Of a stretch of 64,000 nt of DNA, positions 30,041 to 39,980 are shown piece after piece. The stretch is from Trueperaceae bacterium. Lineage in GTDB: Bacteria; Deinococcota; Deinococci; Deinococcales; Trueperaceae. The position numbers and the translations under genes were made by a program. The stretch is taken from NCBI GenBank assembly GCA_965214405.1, contig OZ243956.1, positions 3,776,001 to 3,840,000 of the forward strand, written 5' to 3'. The notes beneath the pieces are model-generated. The model did no database searches, was not told the DNA's origin, and saw only the letters and a program-made list of their open reading frames with translations. The stretch's first letter is position 1, and every line of letters begins with the position of its first letter.

Positions 30041-30772
30041 TCAATAAAACAGTCTCCCCACATAATAAAACACCACCGCGAACACGAGCGACGGTAGTAG
30101 GCTGGCGACGCGGAGGCGTTTAATCTCGAGCAATCCCAAACCGAGACCCAAAATCATGAGCCCGCCCACGCCGTTGATGAGCAGCACGCGCGGGTCGGTG
30201 GCCGGGTCGGGGATGAGGTTGGCGAATAGGCCCGCCCCGAGCGAGAGCGCGCCCTGGTAAAGGGCAATCACGAGCGTTGAGAAGATGACGCCAAAGCCAA
30301 AGGTCGCGGACAGAGCGAGCGCGGCGAAACCGTCCAAGGTGGATTTGAGCAGCAAAAACGAGTCGTCACCGACGAGACCGTTCTGGATACTGCCGATGAG
30401 CGTAAGGGGTCCCACGCAAAAGAGCAGACTGGCGGCCACAAAGCCCTCGGTAAAGCGGCCCTGTCCCTTAAAGCGCTTTTTAAGCGCCTCGCCAAGACCC
30501 TCCAACCCCTCTTCGATACGCAGCCATTCGCCCACCGCCCCGCCCAGGGCGAGCGCGATGAGCCCGACGATGATGCCGGGGGGTTCGTCCACCCGAGTCA
30601 AATCCAGCGCGTTGAGGACGCCAATCAGCAGCGTGGTGAGGCCGATGGCCTGCATCACCACGGCAACGATGCGTTCCGGCAACCTGCCCCGCAAGAGCAG
30701 GCCCAGCCCAGAGCCCAGCAGAACGGTGACGATGTTTAGAAGCGTGCCGGAGGTCTGATCTAAAGGGCTCAC
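30041..30772 (-). CDS. DUF554 family membrane protein
   Basis: GTLLNIVTV, GFVAASLLFCVG, KSTLDG. Confidence 0.88.
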   Translation of the reverse strand: MSPLDQTSGTLLNIVTVLLGSGLGLLLRGRLPERIVAVVMQAIGLTTLLIGVLNALDLTRVDEPPGIIVGLIALALGGAVGEWLRIEEGLEGLGEALKKRFKGQGRFTEGFVAASLLFCVGPLTLIGSIQNGLVGDDSFLLLKSTLDGFAALALSATFGFGVIFSTLVIALYQGALSLGAGLFANLIPDPATDPRVLLINGVGGLMILGLGLGLLEIKRLRVASLLPSLVFAVVFYYVGRLFY

Positions 30773-31224
30773 CGGAAGAGCTTATCACCTCCCTCACGCC
30801 TTTACTGAAGGGGCCGGGCTGACGAGACACAAGACAACGGGGCTGCCCGGTGCAGAGGAATTTGGCGTGCAGTCGCCTCGAGCCCCACCGCCGTAGCGAG
30901 CACCGCAGCCCTCATAAAAGCGTCGCACGAGTTCCCGTAGGCGGTGTGGCAGGCGGATTGGCAGAGAGCCGTCCCCCTCGAGCAGCGCACCGTCCGCCGC
31001 GACAGGGTTGATGCACCCCGGCACTGCAAGGATGTTATGAGTGCCGCGAGGCAAAACCGAGGGTGAACAGAAGGGCAAAAATTCTCTTTCTCACTTTGGG
31101 TGAGGGTGGCACGGCGTTCTGCGCGCGTTGCTGGGAGCAAGAAAGGCCTGGCTCACTTTTGTTCAGCGTGAACTTTTTCGCTGTTGCGTTTCCGCTAAGC
31201 TGTCGCGGCCATTCCCTTTGGCGT

Positions 31225-31857
31225 TCAGGGGTTGCTTATAGGCGGAGCGACCTGACCACCGTCGCCGTCCACAACCACGGGGGACTGGATGACGCCAGCG
31301 TACTCGTCGGCGTCGAACTCGGTCAGTAGCGCGCCGACCATCTCGTAACCCACTGCGCCGAATTCGCTGGTACGCCCTTGAGCGCCTATCGTCCCCACCA
31401 CCGAAACGATGTCCCACGATTCTCCGTGCAGCAGCGGGTAGAGGGGTTTAACGTAGACGATCTGGTTCGCGGGCGGTGGGGGCACGTGGACGCAGGCACC
31501 CAGGAAAGGAACGAGCAAAAACTCGCTGGTCGCCTCCTCGTCACCTGCCAGGGGCACGATGTAACCAGAAACCTTGACCTGCTGCCCGTCCAGCGCTTCG
31601 ACGAGCGGCGTTTCTTGCAAGGTCTGTTGCATCATGGCTTCGCCGTCTTCGACCTCCCAAGGAAAGGTTTGGTAACTGGGCTCGTAATCGGCGGGCATGA
31701 GGCTGTTCCAGGAGAGCACGGTGGGATTCAAACTTTTGAACACCCTGGTCGAGGCCTGCTCGGTAAGCTTGAGCGGCACCCCGACTTCGGGCTCGCCGCC
31801 GCAGGCAGCGAGCAGGAGAACGAGCGGCGCGAGCAGGGCTGCGGTACGTCGTTTCAT
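31225..31857 (-). CDS. DUF3299 family lipoprotein
   Basis: LAAC lipobox; GYIVPL, EFLLVPFLGACVHVPPPPANQIVYV. Confidence 0.9.
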   Translation of the reverse strand: MKRRTAALLAPLVLLLAACGGEPEVGVPLKLTEQASTRVFKSLNPTVLSWNSLMPADYEPSYQTFPWEVEDGEAMMQQTLQETPLVEALDGQQVKVSGYIVPLAGDEEATSEFLLVPFLGACVHVPPPPANQIVYVKPLYPLLHGESWDIVSVVGTIGAQGRTSEFGAVGYEMVGALLTEFDADEYAGVIQSPVVVDGDGGQVAPPISNP

Positions 31858-31900
31858 GGACCGAGTATAAAAGGGGTTCATACGTCTCCTTGTGTCCTGG

Positions 31901-33160
31901 CTAGACCCGTACGGTCAGGCCGTCAGCCAGCGAGTTGCGGTAGGCGCGGTAGGCGGGGATCAGCCCGATGAGTACGCCCGCGCCGACGATGAGCGCGAGC
32001 AGGGTGAGGTCGTAAGGGCTGAGGGGGGTGACCGCCAAAAAGAGGCCGTACTCCCGCTCGAGCCAGGGCCGTAAGGTGACCAAAGCGCCGTACAGCAGCG
32101 CGACGCCGAGGGCGCAGCCGGTTACCGTAAAGATAACGGCTTCGGCGGTAAGTAGAGCAAAAATCTGCCAGGGGCGCGCCCCTACCGAGCGCAAGATAGC
32201 CATCTCCCGTCGGCGTTCGTTGAGGCTCGAGAGGATGGAACTGAGCATACCGACGAGCCCACTCAGCACGACGAAGCCCGACACGACCAGGAGCGCCCTT
32301 TCGGCAGCGCCGAGCAAATTCCACAGCTCTTGTAAGGCGACCCCCGGCAGCACCGCCAACAGGGGTTCGCGCCGGTAGTCGTTGACGTCGCGCTGAAGCT
32401 GAAAAATGCCCGTTTTTGACCTCACGCCCACCAAAAAGGCGGTGATCGCGCGCGGGGTCAGGTCTAGCTCGAGCGCGTCCGCCGCGGTAACTCGCTGGCT
32501 CGGGATGGGCACGCCGCCGCTCCAGTCGATGTGCATCGCCTCGATGCCTTCTAGGCTCACATAAACCGAGCGGTCGACGGGGGTACCCGTTTTCGCCAGA
32601 ACGCCCACCACCGTAAAGGGCTTGTCGCTGTGGTCGAGCAGGCTCACCTCGCCGGTGCCGTGGGCGATGACGATCTCCTCGCCGAGACGGTACTCGAGCG
32701 TCTCGGCCACGTCCGCGCCGAGAACCGCGTCGTAAACACCGCCGAACGGCGCGCCCGCCGAGAAACGTAGGGGCCTTTCGCGGCCGTACCGGTAGTGCTC
32801 GAAATAAGCCTCACTGGTACCCACGACGCGAAAGCCTTTGTGCGAGTCGCCGAGCGAGATGGGCACCGTCCAGGCGACGTTGGGGTGACGGGCGACCTGC
32901 TGATAGCTCTCCCAGGTGAGGTTGTTGGTCGCGTTGCCGATATGAAACACGCTGTACAGCAAAAGCTGCATCCCGCCGCTACGCGCGCCCACGACCAAAT
33001 CGGTTCCCGAGATGGTGTTGGCGAAGCTTGCTTTCGCCTCAGTGCGCACCTTTTCGACGCCCAAGAGCAGCACCACGCTGATGGCGATGACCAGGACCGT
33101 GAGGAGCGTGGTGCCCTTGCGGTTGAACATGCTTTTCACGGTCAAGCTTAAGAGCTTCAC
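31901..33160 (-). CDS. ABC transporter permease (MacB/FtsX-like; ZrgC/PA4065-like)
   Basis: DLVVGARSG, PISLGDSH, ERRREMAILRSVGA. Confidence 0.9.
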   Translation of the reverse strand: MKLLSLTVKSMFNRKGTTLLTVLVIAISVVLLLGVEKVRTEAKASFANTISGTDLVVGARSGGMQLLLYSVFHIGNATNNLTWESYQQVARHPNVAWTVPISLGDSHKGFRVVGTSEAYFEHYRYGRERPLRFSAGAPFGGVYDAVLGADVAETLEYRLGEEIVIAHGTGEVSLLDHSDKPFTVVGVLAKTGTPVDRSVYVSLEGIEAMHIDWSGGVPIPSQRVTAADALELDLTPRAITAFLVGVRSKTGIFQLQRDVNDYRREPLLAVLPGVALQELWNLLGAAERALLVVSGFVVLSGLVGMLSSILSSLNERRREMAILRSVGARPWQIFALLTAEAVIFTVTGCALGVALLYGALVTLRPWLEREYGLFLAVTPLSPYDLTLLALIVGAGVLIGLIPAYRAYRNSLADGLTVRV

Positions 33161-33903
33161 GTAACCTCAGGGGCGCGGTTTATGAGGTTCAAATCAATAC
33201 CGCGGTCAAAGAGGGGCTCGAGCCTTCCGTCGTGGCTCACGAAGAGCAGGGTCATCCGGGCGCGGTCGCATTCCTCGAAAAGGAGGCGGACGAAGCTCTC
33301 GCGGGTGTCGGCGTCGAGCGCCGAGGTCGGCTCGTCGGCGATCAGCAGGGGCGGGCTGCCGATGAGCGCACGGGCCGCCGCGACGCGCTGCTGCTGCCCG
33401 ATGCTCAATTCGGTGACTCGGCGCGTTTGTAACTGGGCGCCCAAACCCAAACGGTGCAAAAGCCGCCCCGCCTCCGCGGTGGCCGCTCCCTGGGCGCTCA
33501 CTTTTTGCGCGCGCCGCCGCGAAAATGTAAGGGGCAGCGTCACATTTTCTAACACTGACAAGTAGGGGATAAGGTTGAACATCTGAAAGATAAAGCCGAT
33601 ATAGTCAGCGCGTAGAGCGTCGCGTTTAACCCCCGATAGGCTGGAGAGGTTCGTCCCGTTTAGCTGCACCTGCCCCCTTTCGGGCGTGATCACACCCGCC
33701 ATCAGGTTGAGGAGCGTGCTCTTGCCGCTACCGCTCGGCCCTTTGATAAATACCTTTTCGCCGTGGCGTATCTCGAGCCGTTCGATATCAAGAACCGCCG
33801 GGGCCTCGGGCCTCCAGCGGAAACGCACCCCCTCGAGCCGCGCCAGCGTGGCGGCTCGAGGGGGTGCTTCAGACGAGCTTGAGGTTGCGGCGGCCTCGAA
33901 CAC
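33157..33903 (-). CDS. ABC transporter ATP-binding protein
   Basis: GPSGSGKST, LSIGQQQRV, ADEPT. Confidence 0.93.
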   Translation of the reverse strand: MFEAAATSSSSEAPPRAATLARLEGVRFRWRPEAPAVLDIERLEIRHGEKVFIKGPSGSGKSTLLNLMAGVITPERGQVQLNGTNLSSLSGVKRDALRADYIGFIFQMFNLIPYLSVLENVTLPLTFSRRRAQKVSAQGAATAEAGRLLHRLGLGAQLQTRRVTELSIGQQQRVAAARALIGSPPLLIADEPTSALDADTRESFVRLLFEECDRARMTLLFVSHDGRLEPLFDRGIDLNLINRAPEVT

Positions 33904-33920
33904 TTCGGTCGTTTATGCGC

Positions 33921-34550
33921 TCAAAAGGTAAGCTGCGCGTCGGTGGTCGGGCTGAGCTCCGCCGCGCCCTGTCCGCCAGGAAGGACATACTGCACGTCTA
34001 GGTCCTCGATGCCCGGGTACAACGCGAACAGCTCGCGCACGCTGATGCCACTCAACCTGTCAGGCTGGGCACAGGTAAACTCGTACGTGGCGTGAAACTC
34101 GCTATGCACTGCGCCTTCCTCGTGGTCTTCATGGTCTTCGTGGTCCTCGCCCTCGGCACCGGTCTCTTCGGCGTCGCCGGTCTCCTCAGCGCCGCCGGTC
34201 TCCTCGATTCCCTCGGCGTGCCCCTCCTCGTCGGTCACCTCCCGCTCGGCCTCGGCGCTCATGAGCTCGCACCGCGCGGCCTCCGCGGGGGCGAACAGCG
34301 CGGCGCCGTCTCGGAGCTGCGTGAGGGCGTCCTCGACCGCCCGGACCTCCTCATCGGTGCTCGGCTCGTACTCGAACCCGACTAAGTTGACCGCGGGGCT
34401 GACGAACTCCATGCTCAGGCTTTCGCCCTCCAACACGACGTTGAGAAGCGCCGCGCCGTGTTCGTGGGGCTCCTCCTGGACGAAGCCCTCTTGCGCGAGC
34501 GCGGACGCAACGCAGAACAGTACACCCATGCCTATAAGAATCCGTTTCAT
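33921..34550 (-). CDS. DUF2796/ZrgA-like zinc-binding exported protein
   Basis: HEHG, SPAVNLVGFE, acidic/His linker, HSEFHATYEFTC. Confidence 0.88.
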   Translation of the reverse strand: MKRILIGMGVLFCVASALAQEGFVQEEPHEHGAALLNVVLEGESLSMEFVSPAVNLVGFEYEPSTDEEVRAVEDALTQLRDGAALFAPAEAARCELMSAEAEREVTDEEGHAEGIEETGGAEETGDAEETGAEGEDHEDHEDHEEGAVHSEFHATYEFTCAQPDRLSGISVRELFALYPGIEDLDVQYVLPGGQGAAELSPTTDAQLTF

Positions 34551-34613
34551 CTCTGCCTCCTCGGCTTCACCTACTGCCAAACATAAAACATACTAGCAGG
34601 AATCCTGCTGCTA

Positions 34614-34631
34614 ATGATAATACATTATCAT
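34614..34631. promoter_or_regulatory. Palindromic operator (metal-regulator-like)
   Basis: ATGATAAT-AC-ATTATCAT perfect 8-2-8 inverted repeat upstream of the zrg-like operon. Confidence 0.65.
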
Positions 34632-34745
34632 CTTCAGGTCTTGGTCAGGGATAAAGCGCTCATTGTGACAAAGGTCCGGACAGAGTTGGGGTGCGGGCGT
34701 GCCGGGGTGCCTTACGCGCTAGGAATCGGCCCTACTCATGATCTA

Positions 34746-35665
34746 GGGTCTGTCTGACTAATCAAAGCCAGAGGATGATGGAGGCGAGGAGCACACCAGC
34801 ACGGTAGTTTCTGCCGCGTTTGTCGTAGCGGGTGGCAACGGCGCGAAAGTCTTTAAGTCGGTTGATGCAGCGTTCGACCACGTTACGTCCTTTGTAGGCT
34901 TGCTTATCGAAAGCAGGAGGTCGTCCACCTTTTGTGCCCTTAGACAAGCGAGACTTCTTGGCATCTTCGCGCTCGGGGCTGATACAGATGATGCCCCTGC
35001 GCCTTAGTATCTTCCGCTGCTTGTTGAAACCATAAGCGCGGTCGAGTCTAAGCTGAGGGGGGCGCTTACGCGGTCGCCCTCTGCCAAGGCGGGGCACATA
35101 AATCTCGTCCAAGACCGGCTCTAGCCAAGCGGCGTCGTTGCGCTGTCCCGCCGTGATGACCACGGACAGGGGTCGCACTTTGCCGTCCGCGCAGGTATGC
35201 ACCTTGCTGGTGTGGCCTCCGCGTGAGTGTCCCAGCCACTCGTCTGCTAAGGTCCCCTTTTTTCACCCTCAGCAGGCCGCTTCCTCGCCCCGCTGGCGCT
35301 GCGGTGCGCTTTAATATGAGAGCTGTCTAACGCTGCGCCGTCCCAATCAATCTCACCCGCCGCATCGGCGTGAGCTTGAAGCCTGTGCAGGATGCGCTTC
35401 CAGACACCGTTGCGCTCCCACCTCGTGAAGCGGTCCCAGCAGGTCTGCCAAGGTCCGTAGCGTTCAGGAACGTCGCGCCAGGGAGCGCCTGTTTTCAAGC
35501 GCCACGAAATGCCGTTGATGACCTGTCGGTGGTTGCGGTAGTTGTGACCCCGTTGGGGATTGGGGGGTAGATGCGGTTTTAGTGCTTGCCACTGCTGCTC
35601 TTTTAGGTCTGTTCGTGCCATACGCCTACCCTAAACCATCTTCATCCCTTCTGTCAGACAGACCC
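34746..35665 (-). mobile_element. IS5-family element (two-ORF, IS427-like)
   Basis: IRs GGGTCTGTCTGAC / GTCAGACAGACCC in a CTAG context (TA or CTAG duplication). Confidence 0.92.
34762..35621 (-). CDS. IS5 transposase, frameshifted (orfA 35247-35621 + orfB)
   Basis: [23 protein letters not shown]6G4 at 35254-35263; [21 protein letters not shown]. Confidence 0.88.
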
Positions 35666-35827
35666 TAGCTCATCATGTTTATGGGACCAGCGGCTGGCGC
35701 GCAACGTAGTCTGTCCCTTGACCTCAACGATTGACTCTGCCTCACGTACGGTTGTGTAGCGGTAGAGGAGGCACCTTCTGGCCGTGACAACCCAGACAGA
35801 GCCGCGCCGCCGTTGTACACTGCAACC

Positions 35828-36508
35828 GTGCATAAGCACCTGATCGTGATGGGGTTCTTGTTTGGGTGCGCCCTCCAAGGGGCGCACGCTCACGGCTCCA
35901 GCCTCAGCGACTTTCAAGGCCTGCCCCTTTGTGTTGACGCGTCCTCCGTCACGGTCGCCATCGAAGACGCCGAGCTACCTGGCGGTTACGAGCCCACCAT
36001 CGAAAAGCGCTTGGCAGCGGCGCTCATTGCGACCCTCGAGCACCACAAAATACCCTACCGAAGCCTCGCCTCGTGCTCCGGCGAGCAGGCTTACGTGACG
36101 ACACGCTTTGAGGCCTCTCTGGACCCCAGCCAGGACCCCGCGGACGAAGCCGAACCCTACCTGGCGTACGCCGCTCTGACACGGGTTAAACCGTACGAAC
36201 CGGAAGAAGCGGAAGTGGCGGACGCGCCTCTTTTTGAGCTGGCCGACAGTTGGGCTTACCGCACCTCAGACTTGAGCGGTCCCTACTACGAAGTCTTGCC
36301 CAAAATCAACGAGGCGATGTTTGTCGATCTTGCCAGCGCCTGGTGGAACGATTATGCCTATGAAAGAGAGCGCCAAGTGGACGCCGAGCGCCGCCTTTTG
36401 GTTCGTCTGGCGCTGCTGAGCGTGACGTTTAGCGGCCTACTCGTCACGGGCGCTTTCCGCGTGCGCGGGCGCAGCGGCTACCGGAGAGCGCGGCGTGAGG
36501 CGTTATGA
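35828..36508 (+). CDS. Exported hypothetical protein with C-terminal membrane anchor
   Basis: Signal ending AHA|HG, two Cys, AWW motif, TM plus basic tail. Confidence 0.7.
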   Translation: MHKHLIVMGFLFGCALQGAHAHGSSLSDFQGLPLCVDASSVTVAIEDAELPGGYEPTIEKRLAAALIATLEHHKIPYRSLASCSGEQAYVTTRFEASLDPSQDPADEAEPYLAYAALTRVKPYEPEEAEVADAPLFELADSWAYRTSDLSGPYYEVLPKINEAMFVDLASAWWNDYAYERERQVDAERRLLVRLALLSVTFSGLLVTGAFRVRGRSGYRRARREAL

Positions 36509-36598
36509 AGCGGCTGTCGGGGGAGGTTGCGGACAGGGATTCTGTTGGTTTTTTATTTGCTCAAGGTGCTTTCGCTTGATTCCTGATAAGCTTGCCCG

Positions 36599-37837
36599 GT
36601 GAAAGCTCACGTTACTTCGCGTGGATTAAGAAGGCGTCTTGCGACGCTTGCGGCTATCTTGGGCGACCCACCATATTTGGGTAAAGCGATGGTCTGTTCT
36701 GGGGATGTTTGCGAGGGCTCGACTCGCAAACTTGCGAGGCCGAGGGTGCTACTCGGTTTGCTCCTATGCGCGCTCTTGCCCGCCCCTTTGGGCCAAGTGT
36801 GGGGCCAGGCTCCGCCACAAGACGTGGGCTACGCCGAAGGCCGCATCACCCAGATCGAGGGTCAGACCGCCTTTGTGACGTTGCGCGACGGTAGCGCGGT
36901 CGAGGCCGACTTGGGTGCGCCCCTGCCCGAGGAGTTTGGGAACGAAGCGCTGCCGAGCTTTAAGGTGGGGCAGCAGGTCGAGCTGTACTATTCCCCGGCG
37001 CCCGGCACAAACGCGCGACAGTACGCCGTTTCCGACTGGGTGCGGCGGCCCGCCCTGGTCTGGCTGACCGCGCTTTTTCTTGTCGTCTCGGTCGGGGTCG
37101 CCCGGTTCAAGGGGCTGAGGGCTTTTGTTGCGACCGGCTCGAGCCTGGTCATCGTCATGCTGTTTATCGTGCCAAAAATCCTGGCGGGCTGGAACCCGAT
37201 CCTGGTGTCGCTGCTGGGCGTCGGGGGCATCTTGATTCTGGCTATCTACTTTGTTCACGGCCTCTCCTGGAGCACCACCGCCGCGCTCCTGGGCACCGTT
37301 GTGGCGGTGATCGTCACCATGCTGCTGGGGATCGCCTTTACCGAGTGGGCGCACCTGACCGGCTTCGGCTCGGAAGAGGCGATGATGATTGGCTTTGGCG
37401 CGGGTCAGGTGAACCTCAAGGGCTTGCTTCTGGCGGGGCTCCTTATCGGCGCGCTCGGCGCGCTCACCGACATCACCATCGTGCAGGCGAGCGTGGTTCG
37501 GGAGCTGGCGCACGTCAACCCGAGCTTTGGGCTGGGCGAGCTTTATAAACGTGGCATGAATGTCGGCCTCGACCACATCGGCTCGCTCGTCAACACGCTC
37601 GTCTTGGCCTATACGGGCGCGGCGCTGCCGCTCTTTTTGCTGCTCAGCCTCAACGACTTTTCGGTGGCGCGGGCGCTCAACTTAGAACTCGTCGCCTCGG
37701 AGGTGGTTCACACGCTGGTCGGCTCTATCGGGCTCGTGCTGGCGGTGCCCTTTACCACCCTCGTCGCCGCGCTGCTCTTTCGCGGCGACAAGCGGCCCCT
37801 TGCGGAAGGGGAACTCGAGCACGTGCACCACCATTAG
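36599..37837 (+). CDS. YibE/F family membrane protein
   Basis: IGALGALTDITI, GSLVNTLVLAYTG, GSIGLVLAVP; ends HVHHH; start uncertain. Confidence 0.88.
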   Translation: MKAHVTSRGLRRRLATLAAILGDPPYLGKAMVCSGDVCEGSTRKLARPRVLLGLLLCALLPAPLGQVWGQAPPQDVGYAEGRITQIEGQTAFVTLRDGSAVEADLGAPLPEEFGNEALPSFKVGQQVELYYSPAPGTNARQYAVSDWVRRPALVWLTALFLVVSVGVARFKGLRAFVATGSSLVIVMLFIVPKILAGWNPILVSLLGVGGILILAIYFVHGLSWSTTAALLGTVVAVIVTMLLGIAFTEWAHLTGFGSEEAMMIGFGAGQVNLKGLLLAGLLIGALGALTDITIVQASVVRELAHVNPSFGLGELYKRGMNVGLDHIGSLVNTLVLAYTGAALPLFLLLSLNDFSVARALNLELVASEVVHTLVGSIGLVLAVPFTTLVAALLFRGDKRPLAEGELEHVHHH

Positions 37838-37967
37838 CTCGAGCTTATAGCGCGCGGTTTCTGAGGAAGCGCGGCTGTGGTAACTGCGTAGGGCGGACAA
37901 GACAGAGAAAGATGAAGACGCTGCCTAATTCAAGCTCCTTACAACCATATACAAATTGCTGTACCCT

Positions 37968-38519
37968 TCACGCTTCCGCCTCCGCCGGAGGGCTCCGCAG
38001 CACGAGCACGGTCACGACGACGGCGGCCAGGAGGGGAACGCCGATGAGCCAGTAGAGCCAGGTGCTGACGCTCGATTGAGTCGCGGTGGGCGGAAAAATC
38101 ACGGTGAGCGCGTCCGTGGGGGTCGGGCTGCCCACGTTGATGAGGGTACTCTGGCGGCCCTCCTCCTGCCGAAACGTCTGGTCTCGCAAGAGGAGCGTGT
38201 ACGCGCCGGGCTGAGGCAGCGTCAGCGTCGCTTCATAAACGCCCGCGTCGCCGGTTTCTGCTAAGTCCGCGCTCGCTACAGGCTCGTCGGTTTCGCTCGA
38301 GCCCTGAGGCCGAAACTCCGCCAGCATGAACGCGTCCTCGACGGGGAGTTGGGTTTGGTCCACAAGCTCGAGCCTCAGCAAGAAGGGCTCACCCGGCTGG
38401 GGAACTTCTGGGACGGTCGAAATCGTGCCAAAAACGACGGTCGCGTGCGCGAGAACCACGCCCATTACGAGAAGTGCGAACGTCAAAAGAATAGCTTGCA
38501 GGTGTCTGAAATTAACCAT
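37968..38519 (-). CDS. Exported YtkA-like protein with C-terminal TM
   Basis: Signal VLA|HA; GVYEATLTLPQPGAY. Confidence 0.7.
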   Translation of the reverse strand: MVNFRHLQAILLTFALLVMGVVLAHATVVFGTISTVPEVPQPGEPFLLRLELVDQTQLPVEDAFMLAEFRPQGSSETDEPVASADLAETGDAGVYEATLTLPQPGAYTLLLRDQTFRQEEGRQSTLINVGSPTPTDALTVIFPPTATQSSVSTWLYWLIGVPLLAAVVVTVLVLRSPPAEAEA

Positions 38520-38536
38520 GTTTCGTCCCGTTCGTC

Positions 38537-39217
38537 TCACTGCTCTTTCCATAGCCACTCCCGCAGCGTAAGACCACTCTTTCCAATTTCAGCAGCGACC
38601 TCGCGGCCTATATAGCGGTAGTGCCAGGGCTCGTAAATGTAGCAGGTCACGCTCTCTTTGCCCTTGGGGTAACTCATGACGAAGCCGTAGCGAGGGGCGT
38701 TCGCGGCCAGCCACGCGCCCGCGGGCGTCTCAGCCCAGTCGTCATAGTCCCAGGGGGCTTTGTCGCCCACACCGCGAAAGTCGGCGGCGGTGCCCAGTTG
38801 GTGTTCGGAGTGACCCGGTCTGGCCGAACTCCGCCGCGCGGCCTCGAGCCCCTGCTGCCCCACCCAATAGTCAAAAGTCTTCTCTTGATACGCGTAACTG
38901 CGGTAGGCGGACTGAAGCTCCAAGGGATGACCCGCCGCCGCCGCGTCTTTTAGAAGCTGGGCCAAATCGTTTATCAGCAGCGCGCGCAGCGTCTGGTCGG
39001 AGTCCAATCCAGCCTCCTTCACCGACACGAGGTCATCCGGCGCATAACTCTCCGGCAGCTTGTAAATTGTGTCGAGCAGCGTGCGCTGCCAGTCGCCAAT
39101 CTCCCCGTGCGCCGTGGGGAGGTCGTCGTAGCGGCAGGCAGGCAGAGGAGTTTGGGCGCGGCTTTGGGTGTGGGTCATGATAAAGAGGACAAAAAGGAGA
39201 CTCAGAAAACGGCTCAC
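38537..39217 (-). CDS. M15B D-Ala-D-Ala carboxypeptidase (VanY-like)
   Basis: SAYRS, SARPGHSEHQLG, YEPWHYRY. Confidence 0.92.
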   Translation of the reverse strand: MSRFLSLLFVLFIMTHTQSRAQTPLPACRYDDLPTAHGEIGDWQRTLLDTIYKLPESYAPDDLVSVKEAGLDSDQTLRALLINDLAQLLKDAAAAGHPLELQSAYRSYAYQEKTFDYWVGQQGLEAARRSSARPGHSEHQLGTAADFRGVGDKAPWDYDDWAETPAGAWLAANAPRYGFVMSYPKGKESVTCYIYEPWHYRYIGREVAAEIGKSGLTLREWLWKEQ

Positions 39218-39264
39218 GAAGAAAAATCATACCAAGCTTCGTGAGGAGGTCGGTATGATGAGGC

Positions 39265-39957
39265 GTGACATTTGATGCTCGAGCATACGGCTTGTGCGCT
39301 CTTCTGCTGGGTTGCTTGCTAAACACTGCGCTCGCCCACGGTGACTTTCCCATCCACTTAGCCGGGCAGACGCTCTGCCTGGCCCCCACCTCCGTCATAT
39401 TCGACTTTGAGGAGATGGACGCCGCGCGGCAGGCGGCGGCGCGTGATGGATTGGTGCAAACTTTGCGGGCGGACCTGACCAACGTTCTCGCCACGGCGAA
39501 TGTGAACCTAGAAGAGCAGACGTCTTGCGCTGACGACGACGCGTTTGTTCTGCTCACGGTTGGGGTGCGTTATTTGGACCCGCGCACCTACATCGGCTTT
39601 GGTGGAGACGCCTATTCTTATGACCTTTCGCTCCAGGTGGGGGCTTTAGACGAAGACGCTTTGGCAGCGGGACCGGGAGATATGCCGGTCCCGCTCCAAA
39701 ACCTCCGCTTCGCCGCCTCGGCGGGTGACATCCATTCTGAGGGAGAAACGGGCGCGCCCTTTGAGGAGGCGGTGGAGGCCCAAGCGGCCCCTCTCATCGG
39801 CACCCTGGCCGCGGCTTGGTGGGAGGACAACCCGCCCGGAGCGTGGCGCAGACTTCTCCCGCCGCTCTTGGGCGTCACCCTGGGCGCGCTCACCGTTGCC
39901 GCTGTTCTCGCGGTCGCCAAACGCCGCGGCAGGCGACGCTTCAGCGCCTCGCGTTAA
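39265..39957 (+). CDS. Exported hypothetical protein, paralog of 35828-36508
   Basis: Signal ALA|HG, two Cys, AWW motif, TM plus basic tail. Confidence 0.7.
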   Translation: MTFDARAYGLCALLLGCLLNTALAHGDFPIHLAGQTLCLAPTSVIFDFEEMDAARQAAARDGLVQTLRADLTNVLATANVNLEEQTSCADDDAFVLLTVGVRYLDPRTYIGFGGDAYSYDLSLQVGALDEDALAAGPGDMPVPLQNLRFAASAGDIHSEGETGAPFEEAVEAQAAPLIGTLAAAWWEDNPPGAWRRLLPPLLGVTLGALTVAAVLAVAKRRGRRRFSASR

Positions 39958-39980
39958 AGCTAGCCTGACAAGCCCGCCCC

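Noticed and set aside
30790..31220. Riboswitch, second RAPP leader or CDS upstream of DUF554
   Set aside because: No recognisable aptamer or RAPP motif; the overlapping ORFs are unconvincing; left unexplained
38537..39217. Vancomycin resistance (vanY)
   Set aside because: No van ligase or regulators; M15B peptidases are common housekeeping enzymes
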